Shown here: one piece after another, positions 30,093 through 40,378 of the stretch
How the letters are laid out: every line of letters begins with the position of its first letter
How positions within the stretch are numbered: the first letter of the stretch is position 1
Source: an uncultured cyanobacterium
GTDB taxonomy: Bacteria; Cyanobacteriota; Cyanobacteriia; PCC-9006; JAAUQQ01
NCBI GenBank assembly: GCA_963718615.1
Contig: OY970368.1
Coordinates: 1,248,001 to 1,312,000 of the forward strand
Direction of reading: 5' to 3'
Length of the DNA stretch: 64,000 nucleotides
The notes under the pieces: generated by a model
The model's database searches: none
Seen by the model: the letters and a program-made list of their open reading frames with translations, nothing else
What the model was told of the DNA's origin: nothing
Translations under genes and position numbers: made by a program

Positions 30093-30683
30093 TCATTCGT
30101 CGGTAAAGCGATCGCACCGCAACACAAACCCCGGCAACACATCTTCACCCGAAAGCTCAGCCGGTAAGCTCAACGTCTCTTTCTCCTGACCCTGTCGATA
30201 AATTTCCACCTCCTGTTCCTGGGGATTAAACAGCCAGCCCAGGCGCACGCCGCTGTCCATATACTCCTGCATCTTCTCTCGCAACGCGGACAAACTATCG
30301 GAGCTAGAACGCAGCTCAATCACAAAGTCCGGAGCAATGGGCGGAAATTTCCTGCGGTCCTCAGCGCTCAGCGCGAGCCAGCGCGATTCTTCGACCCAAG
30401 CCGCACCGGGAGAACGGTCCCCGCCCCCAGGTAACTTGAACAACGTTGAAGAACTAAAGACCCGACCGAGCTGACTGCGCTTATTCCAGAGATATAGCTC
30501 TCCACCTAAGCCTAATTCTCGGCTACCACTATCACCACCGACAGGGGACATCAGAATCACAACTCCTTTGGCGCTACGTTCGATGGCGAGGTCAGGATTA
30601 TTGATGCAGAGCTGGTAGAACTGCTCATCGGAGAGGTTGAGGGGATTGAAATCGAGTTCTAGGGGACGGGGTAGGGCGTACAT
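30093..30683 (-). CDS. Uma2 family PD-(D/E)XK protein
   Basis: FYQLC..ERSAKG, APDFVIELRS.SD, KMQEYM..GVRLGWL, LSGEDVLPGF. Confidence 0.9.
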   Translation of the reverse strand: MYALPRPLELDFNPLNLSDEQFYQLCINNPDLAIERSAKGVVILMSPVGGDSGSRELGLGGELYLWNKRSQLGRVFSSSTLFKLPGGGDRSPGAAWVEESRWLALSAEDRRKFPPIAPDFVIELRSSSDSLSALREKMQEYMDSGVRLGWLFNPQEQEVEIYRQGQEKETLSLPAELSGEDVLPGFVLRCDRFTDE

Positions 30684-30751
30684 GGTTTTTTCGGATTTGG
30701 CGATCGCTCCCAATAGTCTGATCCTAGCCTAAGCCCTTCTCAAAGATCCTC

Positions 30752-31117
30752 TTAAGATGCTTTTTGCTGCCAACGCTTGTGTTGTTCTGCCATCCAGCGT
30801 TTAGAACCGAAGATTCCAGACAATAGACCCGCTACCGTAAAATCAGCATCCAATGCTTCCCAGTGCAAACCATCCCCTGCTGGACTAACTTTAACTTTTG
30901 CTAACTCTGTTGCTTCAGCCTCTGCTAGTCCTTGGGCAATCTTAGGTGGAAAACTAAAGACTGCTCCGCTCTTGAGTCGAATCACAATCAGAGCCGCTTT
31001 CTCGTCGTAATAGGCAGCGATCGCCCGAGGTTCCGTCAAGCTTGCCGCTGTTTCAGCAGCCTGCGCCTTGGCAAATTGAGCCTCAAAGTCTAGTGCTTCA
31101 GAAATTGGGTCAGTCAT
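30752..31117 (-). CDS. DUF2442 domain protein (antitoxin-like)
   Basis: IRLKSG..QGL..A...EL..V.VSPAGDGLHWEALDADF. Confidence 0.85.
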   Translation of the reverse strand: MTDPISEALDFEAQFAKAQAAETAASLTEPRAIAAYYDEKAALIVIRLKSGAVFSFPPKIAQGLAEAEATELAKVKVSPAGDGLHWEALDADFTVAGLLSGIFGSKRWMAEQHKRWQQKAS

Positions 31118-31151
31118 GGTACTCTCGCCAGTGTTCCAACAATATTTCTGC
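31110..31151 (-). pseudogene. Probable 3' remnant of a DUF4160 gene
   Basis: Reads AEILLEHWREYHD* overlapping the DUF2442 start; no upstream ATG in frame. Confidence 0.55.
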
Positions 31152-31239
31152 CGAGCTTCGAGGCTTATCCGGATTTTCTGTAGAGGGCTGCGAAAAAATA
31201 TCTGCAGAAATTTTCGCAGGATTCTAATCCTATTCCTTT

Positions 31240-31719
31240 ATGAATATGCGACAACATTTTCGATATAAAACTTTTGGAATGACGGCTTTGATAGGAGGTA
31301 TCTCAGTATTATTCTTTTCTTCGCCCTCGGTCCTGGCGCAATTCCCTCCTGAACGTGTCTACACCGATCTTTTTTTTGATAACTATCTGAGCACCGAGAT
31401 ACGGTTTATTCCAAGAGCATATCTGAATTGTCAGCCGGGAAAGATTATGGCTAATTATGAAATAAAACGAGAGCCTGTAGGTAGAGCTTCAGACAAGCTT
31501 CTGGCTCAAGGAACTTTGTCTACATTTGATTGCAGCCGTGCACTTGAGGATGGTGAAGGATGGCTGTTCAAAGAGACTTGGAGTGCAGACGGAAATTTAT
31601 GTGAAGGACGCTTACAGCTAATTGATAGAGTATGGCACTTTGACCGAGCTGTATTTGGAAAAAATTGTTCTTTTACTGGTAAGTCTTATCTCATTCCCGC
31701 AAGTAATTCACAACGCTAG
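31240..31719 (+). CDS. Hypothetical secreted Cys-containing protein
   Basis: Signal-peptide-like N-terminus ending VLA-Q; AT-rich; four Cys. Confidence 0.6.
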   Translation: MNMRQHFRYKTFGMTALIGGISVLFFSSPSVLAQFPPERVYTDLFFDNYLSTEIRFIPRAYLNCQPGKIMANYEIKREPVGRASDKLLAQGTLSTFDCSRALEDGEGWLFKETWSADGNLCEGRLQLIDRVWHFDRAVFGKNCSFTGKSYLIPASNSQR

Positions 31720-31800
31720 TTTTGCAATAAACATGAAGGTCAGCCAACATACTATTACTGCATAGAGAAAACTATGCGATCGCTCCATGGGCCAGACAAC

Positions 31801-32397
31801 CTACAGCGCCGCCCGAAACGCCCGCGCCGCCTCCACCCGAGAACTCATCAACACACAGCGCGTCAACAGCTCAAAATCCATCTTGGGCAGCAGCTCACTC
31901 CGGCTCAGCTTTTCATAGCCAGACTCCCGCAAACCGAAAACCGAAAACAGACCATCTTCCCAAAACCAAACCTCCCTCACCCCCAACACCGCATATCGCG
32001 CCAGCTTACTCGGCCCACCGCTAGAAAACACAACCTCCACGACTAAATCTGGAATTGCCTTCTGCTCCCCCAAGCAATAGGACTCATCCCCCTGAGCCGC
32101 CGCCGCGCCCACCTTCTCCAGGTCCATCGACCCCGTTGGCACAAACTCAATCCCCAGCTCCACCAAAAAGATTTCGATCAGCATCCCAATAATGCTCTTG
32201 TAAATCTCATGCTCAGGGCTAACCGTCAAAATCTCTACCGTCCCATCCAAATAAAACAACCGCACATTTCGGCAACCCATGAAGCCTTCCTGAATCTTCT
32301 TGAAACGCTCCCAGGAAAGATTGGACTGAACAATCCACTGATCCGGCCTTTGATTGGGCCATTGCTCCGGTTGCTTCCGTTCCAGCAGTTGAACCAT
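31801..32397 (-). CDS. Uma2 family protein
   Basis: SWERF, YLDGTVEIL..SPEHE, PDLVVEVVFSSG, GVREVWFW; GGAGG before ATG 32397. Confidence 0.9.
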   Translation of the reverse strand: MVQLLERKQPEQWPNQRPDQWIVQSNLSWERFKKIQEGFMGCRNVRLFYLDGTVEILTVSPEHEIYKSIIGMLIEIFLVELGIEFVPTGSMDLEKVGAAAAQGDESYCLGEQKAIPDLVVEVVFSSGGPSKLARYAVLGVREVWFWEDGLFSVFGLRESGYEKLSRSELLPKMDFELLTRCVLMSSRVEAARAFRAAL

Positions 32398-32490
32398 GGC
32401 ATCCTCCACTTGTTCACCCGTAAAAGATCATATTTCGAGATCGCTTCAACAAGCTAACTCCAGTCTATGGGATCTGAAAGGCAATGCATG

Positions 32491-32517
32491 AAAAAAGGGT
32501 GAACCGTAGCCCACCCT
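32491..32517 (-). terminator. Terminator homologous to the chlH terminator
   Basis: Minus strand AGGGTGGGCTACGGTTCACCCTTTTTT. Confidence 0.7.
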
Positions 32518-32625
32518 GAGTAGGTGTTATTTGAGGTGATGGGGTATCGGGGTATTGGAGGATCGGGTATCGGTAGAATGTAGCGTTCACTCCATCACCC
32601 CCAACTCCATCACCCCATCACGTCC

Positions 32626-32783
32626 CTACTCCTCAACCCCCTCAATCCGGTCCTCAACCTCCTGATACAACTCCCGCAACAGATCCAGGTTCTCCTCACT
32701 GGTCTCCCAGTAACCCCGACCGTTCACTTCCAACAGCGTTGTCACCATTTTGCGGAAGGAGTTGGGGTTGAGGTTCATGAGGC
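32626..32783 (-). repeat. 158-bp direct repeat of the chlH 3' end (partner at 33554-33711)
   Basis: Base-by-base comparison shows 2 mismatches; encodes [11 protein letters not shown]...IEGVEE*. Confidence 0.95.
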
Positions 32784-32836
32784 ACTCTCTCAGTTGGACT
32801 ACAATAGAACCATTGTTCTGTAAGCAGACGTGAATC

Positions 32837-33091
32837 ATGGACGTAACCCTTACATTGCCCCAAGAGCTGCAAGCCCATATAGAACAGGAGATGCAGGCAG
32901 GCAGCTACCCTAGCGTCATGGAATATCTAATTGCTCTGGTAGAACGCGATCGCCAACGCAAGCAAGCCCAGAAAAAGTTAGATGAACTTCTACAGGAAGG
33001 ACTCGACTCACCTGCCCAAGAGATAGCACCTGATTACTGGAAAAGCCTCAAAGCATCTGTCATTCCTTCTTCCGCAGCGGATGCGCTTTAG
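32837..33091 (+). CDS. ParD-like ribbon-helix-helix antitoxin
   Basis: [23 protein letters not shown]...L..LLQEGLDS. Confidence 0.85.
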   Translation: MDVTLTLPQELQAHIEQEMQAGSYPSVMEYLIALVERDRQRKQAQKKLDELLQEGLDSPAQEIAPDYWKSLKASVIPSSAADAL

Positions 33092-33099
33092 CTTAATCC

Positions 33100-33432
33100 A
33101 TGAAATATCGGCTTATCGTCCGCGATCGGGCAACTCAGGATCTGCGCTCACAGGCGAACTATCTGCTCGCTCAGCATTCATCGCAATCAGCCAGCCAGTT
33201 TTTGGAGGCCGCTGAAACGACATTCAACCAGATTGCTAAAACACCCAGAATTGGCAGAGTGGTTCAGCTCGCTTCTGCTCGCTTTGGAGAAGTCAGACGC
33301 TGGCGAATCAAATCTTTTGGCGACTACTTGGTATTTTACGTCGTAACAGAAGCAGAGGTTGAGATCTTTCGGATACTGCACGGTGCGATGGATCTAGAAA
33401 ACATCATAGAATTTTTGGACGAGTCCAACTGA
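33100..33432 (+). CDS. ParE/RelE family toxin
   Basis: ATQDL..P.IGR..VRRW..YLVFY..VEIFRILHGAMD. Confidence 0.88.
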   Translation: MKYRLIVRDRATQDLRSQANYLLAQHSSQSASQFLEAAETTFNQIAKTPRIGRVVQLASARFGEVRRWRIKSFGDYLVFYVVTEAEVEIFRILHGAMDLENIIEFLDESN

Positions 33433-33483
33433 ACTCTGTACCTACATTGCTAAAGTCAAGCGCGACCCGCACTGAGTGCTCAG

Positions 33484-33510
33484 AAAAAAAGGTGAGCCGT
33501 AACCCACCCT
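33484..33510 (-). terminator. chlH terminator
   Basis: Minus strand AGGGTGGGTTACGGCTCACCTTTTTTT. Confidence 0.7.
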
Positions 33511-33553
33511 AAACACGCATATTTAATCAATCCGAGAAATCAAGAATCGGGTC

Positions 33554-36500
33554 TTACTCCTCAACGCCCTCAATCCGGTCCTCAACCTCCTGATACAACT
33601 CCCGCAACAGATCCAGGTTCTCCTCACTGGTCTCCCAGTAACCCCGACCGTTCACTTCCAACAGCGTTGTCACCATTTTGCGGAAGGAGTTGGGGTTGAG
33701 GTTCATGAGGCGATCGCGCATTTCCTTATCCTTAATAAACGTCTCATTCGCCTCCTCATAGACCCAGTTATCCACCGCATCCGCCGTCGCCGACCAGCCC
33801 GAAGTAAACGTCAGTCGCTTCGACAACTCCCGCACCCCTTCATAACCATGGCTCAGCATGCCCTCGTACCACTTGGGATTGAGCAGCTTGGTGCGGGAAT
33901 CCAAACGCACGGTTTCAGACAGCGTGCGCACTTGCGCATTAGCAGTGGTTGTGTCCGCAATAAACGCCGTCGGCTTTTTGCCATCGTCCCGCAAACTGGC
34001 TACGACCTTGGTGGGGTCAGAGTCGAAGTAGTGGGAGACGTCCGTTAGCGAGATTTCCGAGGAATCCAGGTTCTGGAACGAAACATCAGCGGTTTTGAGA
34101 CTAGACTCAAAGATTTCCCGCGACTGCTTCATCATGCCAGGATTATCGGAATCAAAGGCAAACGACTTACGTTCTAGATACATCTGTTGTAGCTCCGACT
34201 CTTCGCCCCAGGAGCTGTTTTCCACGGCCAGGTTGACGTTAGAAGAATAGGAGCCAGAGGCATTGGAGAAGACGCGCTGGGCGGCTTCGCGGATGCTGAC
34301 GCCCATCTCCTCGGCCTGCTCTTTGGCGTGTCTGCGGACGTAGTTCATCTCTAGGGGCTCATCGGCTTCAGCGGCCATCTTCACCGCCCGGTCGATCAGT
34401 GCCATTTGATTAATGAACAGGTCGCGGAAAACGCCGGAGCAGTTGACGACTACATCAATGCGGGGGCGACCCAACTCTTCCAGCGAGAGCAACTCCAGCT
34501 TATTGATCCGACCCAGACTGTCCGGCATGGGCTTGACGCCGACAAACCAAAGGATTTGCGCGAGGGATTCGCCGTAGGTTTTGATGTTGTCGGTGCCCCA
34601 AAGGACGCAAGCAATGGTTTCGGGGTAGGCTCCGTTGTTTTCGGCCCGCTGGCGATCGATCAACCGATCCACCACCACTTTTGCCGACATAACCGCCGCT
34701 GCCGTGGGAATCGACTGCGGATCCAGGGCATGGATGTTCTTACCGGAGGGCAAGACATTGGGATTACGAATCGGGTCTCCGCCGGGGCCGGGGAGAACAT
34801 ACTCGCCGTCGAGGGCTTTGATCAAGCTGCCCATTTCCATGTCAGCGCAGATTTGCTTGAGACAAAAGGCGAGGTAGTCAAATAGGACCGTGAGCTGCTC
34901 TTGATCAACGGTTTTGTAACCTAGCTTGTGCAACGCTTTGAGGTAGGCGGGCTTTTGCTTGATACCGAAGAAGTTGAGAATTTTCTTGAACCAGGCAAAA
35001 CGCTCGATCAGATCAACCCGACCTTCGCGGTTGGTCAGTTGCCGCACCATCGCCGCGACGGATGCCCGCACCGCTTGGGTGATTTTCTGGTTGAGTTCGA
35101 CGTCCTCCAGATTACCCAGGTCATTGCTGCGATAAATATCTTCCATCGTGCGACCTAGGCTGCGGGCGATCAGCGTTGGTAGGCCTATGATACCTTCTTC
35201 GTCGCGATCGAGACTGGCGATATTGACCAACGTCGCAATGGCTTCCTCCGCACTCGGTGGCTTACCAATCACATGCAGACCACAGGGCAAAAGCCTTGAT
35301 TCAATCTCCATTAGTTGGCGATACACGTTGCCGACCAGGCGATCGCTCTCTTCCAAGCTCAGCTCAGCATTCTCGTCAGGCAAAACGACATCCTTGTCCA
35401 AATTCACCCGCAGACAAACGCTGATAATGGTCTTAACGATCGACGTGCGCCGTTCGCTTTCCCGCAGGGTTTGGTAAGAACCGACCAGTTCGCCCAGTTC
35501 CTTCAGTCCCTTATATAACCCAGCATTTTCGGCGGGAGGCGTCAGGTAGCTGATCGTGGCGGCGTAGCCCCGGCGTTTGGCGATCGTTGCTTCGGAGGGG
35601 TTATTAGCGGCGTAGTAGTAGAGATCGGGAATGTTGCCGATCAAACTATCGGGATAACATTCGCCGGACATACCCATTTGCTTACCGGGCATAAACTCCA
35701 GGGACCCGTGGGTACCGAAGTGGAGCACTGCGTCCGCTTCCATCACCTTATTGAGGTAGGTGTAGTAGGCAGCGAAACCGTGGTGAGGGCTGGCGCTGCG
35801 GCTGTAGAGCAGCATCATCGGGTCGCCTTCGTAGCCGAAGGTTGGCTGCACACCAATGAACACATTGCCAAAGTGCTTGCCGTAGATCAGCAGACTCTCA
35901 CCGTCGCTGTTGAGCGTTCCCGGTGGTGGACCCCAGTTTTCTTCGAGGGCTTTGGAGAAGGGCGTCAGGCGCTCGTACTCGGATACCGGCATTCTGTAGG
36001 CGATGTTTAGCTCGGGGCTAGCATATTGGGCCTCGGCGTCGTGGATGATTTCCTCCATCAGCGCCTTGGGGGACTTGGGCAGCTTGGGAATGTCGTAGCC
36101 GCTGGCCTTCATCTCTTGCAGGACGCAGTAGATCGAGCCAAACACGTCCAGATAGGCAGCCGTTCCGACATTGCCCTTGTCCGGCGGGAAGCTGAAGACC
36201 GTGATCGCCACTTTCTTGTCGGTGCGGGGTTTGCGGTGGAGATTGGCCCATTTGATTGAGCGTTCCGCAATCATTTCCACCCGGTCTTGCAGCGTGTGGG
36301 CCTTGCCCGTGTTGCCGTCGCGACCGGAAAGCACAATCGGTTCGATCGCCCCATCCAACTCCGGAATCGCAATTTGCAACGCCACCTGAATCGGGTGCAG
36401 TCCTAGATCGCTTTCCTCCCACTCCTCCGTGGTTTGGAACACCAGGGGCAGCGCCACCATGTAGGGCCGGTTGAGGCGCTTGAGGGTTTCAATTGCCTTC

Positions 36501-37558
36501 GGATGATCCTGCCGCGCCGGACCGCCCACCAAGGCAAACCCCGTCAACGACACCGCCGCATCCACCAAAGCCTTGTCTTTCGCCAGGGGATCAAAAAAGT
36601 AGGCATTCACCGACTTAGAAAAGTCCAAACCGCCGTTAAACACCGGGATCACCCGCGCACCGCGATATTCCATTTCCGAGATAATGGCGACGTAGTGGGC
36701 GTCGTCTCCAGTGACGATGTGCGATCGCTGCAACACCAAACCAATCACCGGACCATCCTGGGCCACATCCTTACGGGAATTGCTCCAGTTCAAATATTCC
36801 TTGATGTCCTCAAACATCTCCGGAGCCAGCGGATGCCAAATGCCCTGCTCAGGATAAACCACGGGGTCTTCAAACTGAAGCTCGGGCTGATCCAAGTCCT
36901 GGGCGTCACCGCCTTTGTTGAGGACGTAGCGATCGGCAATCATCAGCAGGAAGTTTTCCAGATTCTCCGGCGAGCCCCCCAGCCAATACTGGAAGCTCAT
37001 CATGAAGCTGCGGGCATCCTGGGCCTTGTCCACCGGCAGATATTTCAGCACCTTCGGCAGCGTCCGCAGCAGCTTCAGCATGGCGTCCTCGAAGCCTGCG
37101 GCGTCCTTCTGGCGGCGCTTCTTCATGAATTCGCCAATGACGCTCTTGGACTGACCCAAGTTCGACATACGAAACTTGCCCAGCTTATTCAGCCGCATAA
37201 CGTTGGGCATGGAGGGGAAGCAAATGGCGGCGTCGAGCTGGTCGCGCACGGGCTCTACGGCAGCGGCGACTTTCTCGGCCAGATCCTCAATAAAAATCAG
37301 CGAGGCAATAAAGATATTGGCCTCGGCCACTTCCTTCTTGAAATTCTCGTAGTTTTCCTCGTCGCGCAATTCCTCGATCAGATAGCCGCTAATCTCCACC
37401 GCAATGCTGGGATTTTGGGCGTTGATTTTGCGGACGGCAGTGGATAGAGCACTCTGATACTGGGACTCCAGTACGACGTAGACCACCTTTACTAAGGAAC
37501 GGCCCTTGAGGTCGTCGGGGGTAATGTGTCGGATGGTGGACTTGACGTAGGTGAACAT
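33554..37558 (-). CDS. chlH: Magnesium chelatase subunit H
   Basis: [66 protein letters not shown]; start placed at 37558. Confidence 0.96.
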   Translation of the reverse strand: MFTYVKSTIRHITPDDLKGRSLVKVVYVVLESQYQSALSTAVRKINAQNPSIAVEISGYLIEELRDEENYENFKKEVAEANIFIASLIFIEDLAEKVAAAVEPVRDQLDAAICFPSMPNVMRLNKLGKFRMSNLGQSKSVIGEFMKKRRQKDAAGFEDAMLKLLRTLPKVLKYLPVDKAQDARSFMMSFQYWLGGSPENLENFLLMIADRYVLNKGGDAQDLDQPELQFEDPVVYPEQGIWHPLAPEMFEDIKEYLNWSNSRKDVAQDGPVIGLVLQRSHIVTGDDAHYVAIISEMEYRGARVIPVFNGGLDFSKSVNAYFFDPLAKDKALVDAAVSLTGFALVGGPARQDHPKAIETLKRLNRPYMVALPLVFQTTEEWEESDLGLHPIQVALQIAIPELDGAIEPIVLSGRDGNTGKAHTLQDRVEMIAERSIKWANLHRKPRTDKKVAITVFSFPPDKGNVGTAAYLDVFGSIYCVLQEMKASGYDIPKLPKSPKALMEEIIHDAEAQYASPELNIAYRMPVSEYERLTPFSKALEENWGPPPGTLNSDGESLLIYGKHFGNVFIGVQPTFGYEGDPMMLLYSRSASPHHGFAAYYTYLNKVMEADAVLHFGTHGSLEFMPGKQMGMSGECYPDSLIGNIPDLYYYAANNPSEATIAKRRGYAATISYLTPPAENAGLYKGLKELGELVGSYQTLRESERRTSIVKTIISVCLRVNLDKDVVLPDENAELSLEESDRLVGNVYRQLMEIESRLLPCGLHVIGKPPSAEEAIATLVNIASLDRDEEGIIGLPTLIARSLGRTMEDIYRSNDLGNLEDVELNQKITQAVRASVAAMVRQLTNREGRVDLIERFAWFKKILNFFGIKQKPAYLKALHKLGYKTVDQEQLTVLFDYLAFCLKQICADMEMGSLIKALDGEYVLPGPGGDPIRNPNVLPSGKNIHALDPQSIPTAAAVMSAKVVVDRLIDRQRAENNGAYPETIACVLWGTDNIKTYGESLAQILWFVGVKPMPDSLGRINKLELLSLEELGRPRIDVVVNCSGVFRDLFINQMALIDRAVKMAAEADEPLEMNYVRRHAKEQAEEMGVSIREAAQRVFSNASGSYSSNVNLAVENSSWGEESELQQMYLERKSFAFDSDNPGMMKQSREIFESSLKTADVSFQNLDSSEISLTDVSHYFDSDPTKVVASLRDDGKKPTAFIADTTTANAQVRTLSETVRLDSRTKLLNPKWYEGMLSHGYEGVRELSKRLTFTSGWSATADAVDNWVYEEANETFIKDKEMRDRLMNLNPNSFRKMVTTLLEVNGRGYWETSEENLDLLRELYQEVEDRIEGVEE

Positions 37559-38020
37559 GCAGTTCTGGGCTCCTCGGGATGCGTGTTCTGCTTGGACGAC
37601 TGGAACAGGAGATGAGCAAGCATACTCATCCATATAGTTTTTTACCAGAAACCGACCCCTAGGATTGGGGATCCTGGGAGCACTGACACAATTTGACAAG
37701 AACGACTATGAATTTTTGAAACGATCTGTTGTAATGCTTGACTTTTTGTGGATTGGGGCGATCGCGAAGTCGAGAACTTCAGCGCTACGACTTTTCGGAT
37801 GTCTATTCTCGGATGTCTATTCAATGTTGGCGCGGGAGAATCAGCTTTACCCGGTAGCCCAGATTTTGAAGCGCATTGCGGGTCAAATATCAGTTTAGTG
37901 CAGCACACTTCCTAGGATAATCCTCCGGGATAGGGGATGGGCAGTCGCGAGACGTTTTTCCAGGCAACACGGCGGATCTTCCTTTCTTTGTCAAATTCAA
38001 ACGTTTGCGGATTATAGAGA

Positions 38021-38035
38021 TATACTAAAAGTATA
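38021..38035 (+). promoter_or_regulatory. vapBC -10 box with overlapping palindromic operator
   Basis: TATACT-AAA-AGTATA about 20 bp before the vapB ATG. Confidence 0.6.
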
Positions 38036-38054
38036 GACTTGAGGTTTGCACTTG

Positions 38055-38288
38055 ATGAACATTGCGAAGCTGTTTCAGAATGGTCAAAGTCAGGCTGTGC
38101 GGCTACCTAAGGCGTTTCGGTTTGAGGGCGATCGCGTCTTCATTAAGCAAGTTGGCAGCGCAGTGATTCTGTTGCCCTATCAAAATGCTTGGCAGGTGTT
38201 GTTCGATAGCTTGGATTTGTTTTCCGAGGATTTTATGGAAAATCGCCAAACACCTCTTCAGCAAGAACGTGAGACTTTATTTGATTAA
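38055..38288 (+). CDS. vapB: VapB antitoxin (AbrB/MazE type)
   Basis: AKLFQNGQSQAVRLPKAFRF. Confidence 0.9.
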   Translation: MNIAKLFQNGQSQAVRLPKAFRFEGDRVFIKQVGSAVILLPYQNAWQVLFDSLDLFSEDFMENRQTPLQQERETLFD

Positions 38289-38351
38289 ATCTTAAGAATC
38301 TAAAGAATTTCAGGCCACATCAAGACAGGTCAGATTAAGCAACAATACAAC

Positions 38352-38750
38352 ATGCAGTATTTGCTAGATACCAATATTTGTATCTACATTATTAAGCGTA
38401 GACCGCCAGAGGTGCTGCAACGATTTTTGGTCTATGATCCGGGTGACATTGGCATCTCTACGATTACGATGGCAGAGCTTAGCTATGGGGTGCAAAAGAG
38501 CCAGCGTCCCCGGCAAAATCAAGCGGCATTGGAACAGTTTTTATTGCCGTTGGAGATTGTGGATTTTGATGCCGCTGCGGCTCAGAGGTATGGGCAAATC
38601 CGAGCTCATCTGGAGCAGCTGGGTCTGCCGATTGGTTCGTTGGACTTTTTAATTGCAGCCCAGGCCCTGAGTTTGGGGATAGTTTTGGTGACTAACAATG
38701 CAAAAGAGTTTATGCGGGTGCCGGAATTAAGGGTGGAAAATTGGATATGA
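38352..38750 (+). CDS. vapC: VapC PIN-domain toxin
   Basis: YLLDTNICIY, AELSYG, IGSLDFLIAAQA, LVTNN.KEF. Confidence 0.92.
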   Translation: MQYLLDTNICIYIIKRRPPEVLQRFLVYDPGDIGISTITMAELSYGVQKSQRPRQNQAALEQFLLPLEIVDFDAAAAQRYGQIRAHLEQLGLPIGSLDFLIAAQALSLGIVLVTNNAKEFMRVPELRVENWI

Positions 38751-38831
38751 ATGAGGATTTTGAAGTGGTTCGACTGTCGCTCGCGCTAAAATGGATCAAG
38801 CCCCAGTGATGTTCCCCCGAAGAAGTAGACA

Positions 38832-38950
38832 GATGTCCAAATGCAGATTGATCTCGGGGCAGAGCAACTTTTGGGGGTAGAACGGGGAAACCAACAAATC
38901 GCCGTAGAACCAGAGCGATTTTGTACCTAGCGGTTCCAAGCCAAACCTAC
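38832..38950 (+). pseudogene. xisH: XisH remnant with internal deletions
   Basis: DVQMQIDLGAEQLLGVERGNQQIAVE joined to PER then (frameshifted) LYLAVPSQTY. Confidence 0.7.
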
Positions 38951-39298
38951 GACGAATATCGAAAGTTGGTAAAGCAAGTCTTGCAGCAACATGCGGCGAT
39001 TAAGCCTGCCTACGGCGAAATCGAAGTGGGTACGCTGTTTGATCAGGAAAGCGATCCTTCGGAGCTTGGCAAAGCCAATCGCTACCAAGTCATGCGCTCA
39101 GGCTGGCTCAAGGAACGTCGGGTCTATGGAGCACTCATCCATATTGATCTCAAAGATAGCAAATGCTGGATCCAGTACGACGGTACTGAAGTTGGGGTAG
39201 CAAACGAATTAGTTGAGTTAGGGATTCCGAAAGAGGATATCGTTTTGGCCTACCATGCCCCCCTCCTGAGGGAATACGGTGAGTTTGCGGTAGGGTAA
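38951..39298 (+). CDS. xisI: XisI family protein lacking its native start (possible pseudogene)
   Basis: YRKLVKQVL..RYQV..GW..RVYG..IHIDLKD.KCWIQYDGTEVGVANELVELGIPKEDIVLAYH. Confidence 0.8.
   Translation, partial: DEYRKLVKQVLQQHAAIKPAYGEIEVGTLFDQESDPSELGKANRYQVMRSGWLKERRVYGALIHIDLKDSKCWIQYDGTEVGVANELVELGIPKEDIVLAYHAPLLREYGEFAVG
39054..39077 (+). mobile_element. 24-nt small dispersed repeat-like insertion in a HIP1 site
   Basis: GCG[ATCCTTCGGAGCTTGGCAAAGCCA]ATCGC; two hairpins; in frame. Confidence 0.7.
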
Positions 39299-39322
39299 TG
39301 GCTCTAACTTCGACTCACCCCC

Positions 39323-40378
39323 ATGACGGATCCCCTTGGCCTAACCCCCTCCATTCTCAAAAACCTCAACGCCCGCACCCTCTATCGGGGCGACATCCTG
39401 TTTCCCTGTATTCCGGCTGCTTGCGGTGCCTACGTCAGCCACCTTGATATCCTCATGCGCAACTTTGGTCAGGCATTTGTGCCAGAGGAGCTAGAGCAAC
39501 TATCAACGCTTCTGCTCACTGCTATGAGCCAAGGTTACGCCCAAAGCCCCAATGCCCAAATCGCCTTTCACTACGAGGTGAAGGGGACTGCCCAGTTACA
39601 AAAAACGATCGCCTGTGAAATCTCCCTCGTGTTACCGTCCCTAGGTGAACAGTACGATACCTGGTATCGAATGGAGGACGCATCGCCCCTGTTTGGCGGG
39701 GTTGCCGATGCCAAGGTGCTGGCAGTGCTGGCCGAGTTGCTCCCGATGGAAACAACCGGCATGGAGCGGCCTAGGGTTTTGGATATTGGCGCAGGCGATG
39801 GCCGCAATGCCATTCCGATCGCCCAGAAAAATTATCAGGTCGATGCTGTTGATCTCACGCCGGAACTCACGGCTGAACTCAAACGAAAAGTTGCCCAGCT
39901 CCAGCTTGAATCCTGGTTGAAAGTCTTTGCAGCTGATCTCCTCGATCCGGCCATAAGCTTTCAAACAGACTGCTATGATCTGGTTTTCTTGTCAGAAGTG
40001 ACCTCGCATTTCCGCAGTATAGACGAGCTGCGGCAAATGTTTCTCAAAGCTTCAGCTTGTCTGAAACCAGGACGGTATTTACTGTTCAACTGCTTCTTGG
40101 CCAAGGAGGGGTTTGAACCAGATGCTATGGCCGTCGAAATGTCTCAAATTGCCTGGTCGAGTTTATTCTTGCGATCGCAGCTCGAAGCGGCCCAGGCTGA
40201 CCTCCCGTTTAGGCTGATCTCGGATGAGTCGGCTATTGAGTATGAGCGATCGCACCTCCCCGCAGAACACTGGCCCCCTACCCCGTGGTACGAAACCTGG
40301 GCGACAGGACGCAGTGCTTTTCCGTTTTTAGAGGGTACCTTCCCCCTAGAACTGCGCTGGTTACTTTATCAAAAATAG
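39323..40378 (+). CDS. Class I SAM-dependent methyltransferase
   Basis: VLDIGAGDGRNA, YDLVFLSEV, LKPG. Confidence 0.85.
   Translation: MTDPLGLTPSILKNLNARTLYRGDILFPCIPAACGAYVSHLDILMRNFGQAFVPEELEQLSTLLLTAMSQGYAQSPNAQIAFHYEVKGTAQLQKTIACEISLVLPSLGEQYDTWYRMEDASPLFGGVADAKVLAVLAELLPMETTGMERPRVLDIGAGDGRNAIPIAQKNYQVDAVDLTPELTAELKRKVAQLQLESWLKVFAADLLDPAISFQTDCYDLVFLSEVTSHFRSIDELRQMFLKASACLKPGRYLLFNCFLAKEGFEPDAMAVEMSQIAWSSLFLRSQLEAAQADLPFRLISDESAIEYERSHLPAEHWPPTPWYETWATGRSAFPFLEGTFPLELRWLLYQK

Noticed and set aside
32626-32838. 70-aa ORF ending like ChlH
   Set aside because: Chance upstream extension of the duplicated chlH tail; not treated as a gene.
36434-37447. 337-aa plus-strand ORF
   Set aside because: Antisense shadow of GC-rich chlH; no recognisable motifs.
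37559-37699. 47-aa N-terminal extension of ChlH in the ORF track
   Set aside because: The family-typical start MFTYVK lies at 37558.
38832-39298. xisHI as evidence of an fdxN excision element
   Set aside because: No recombinase or nif genes; xisHI pairs are commonly dispersed.
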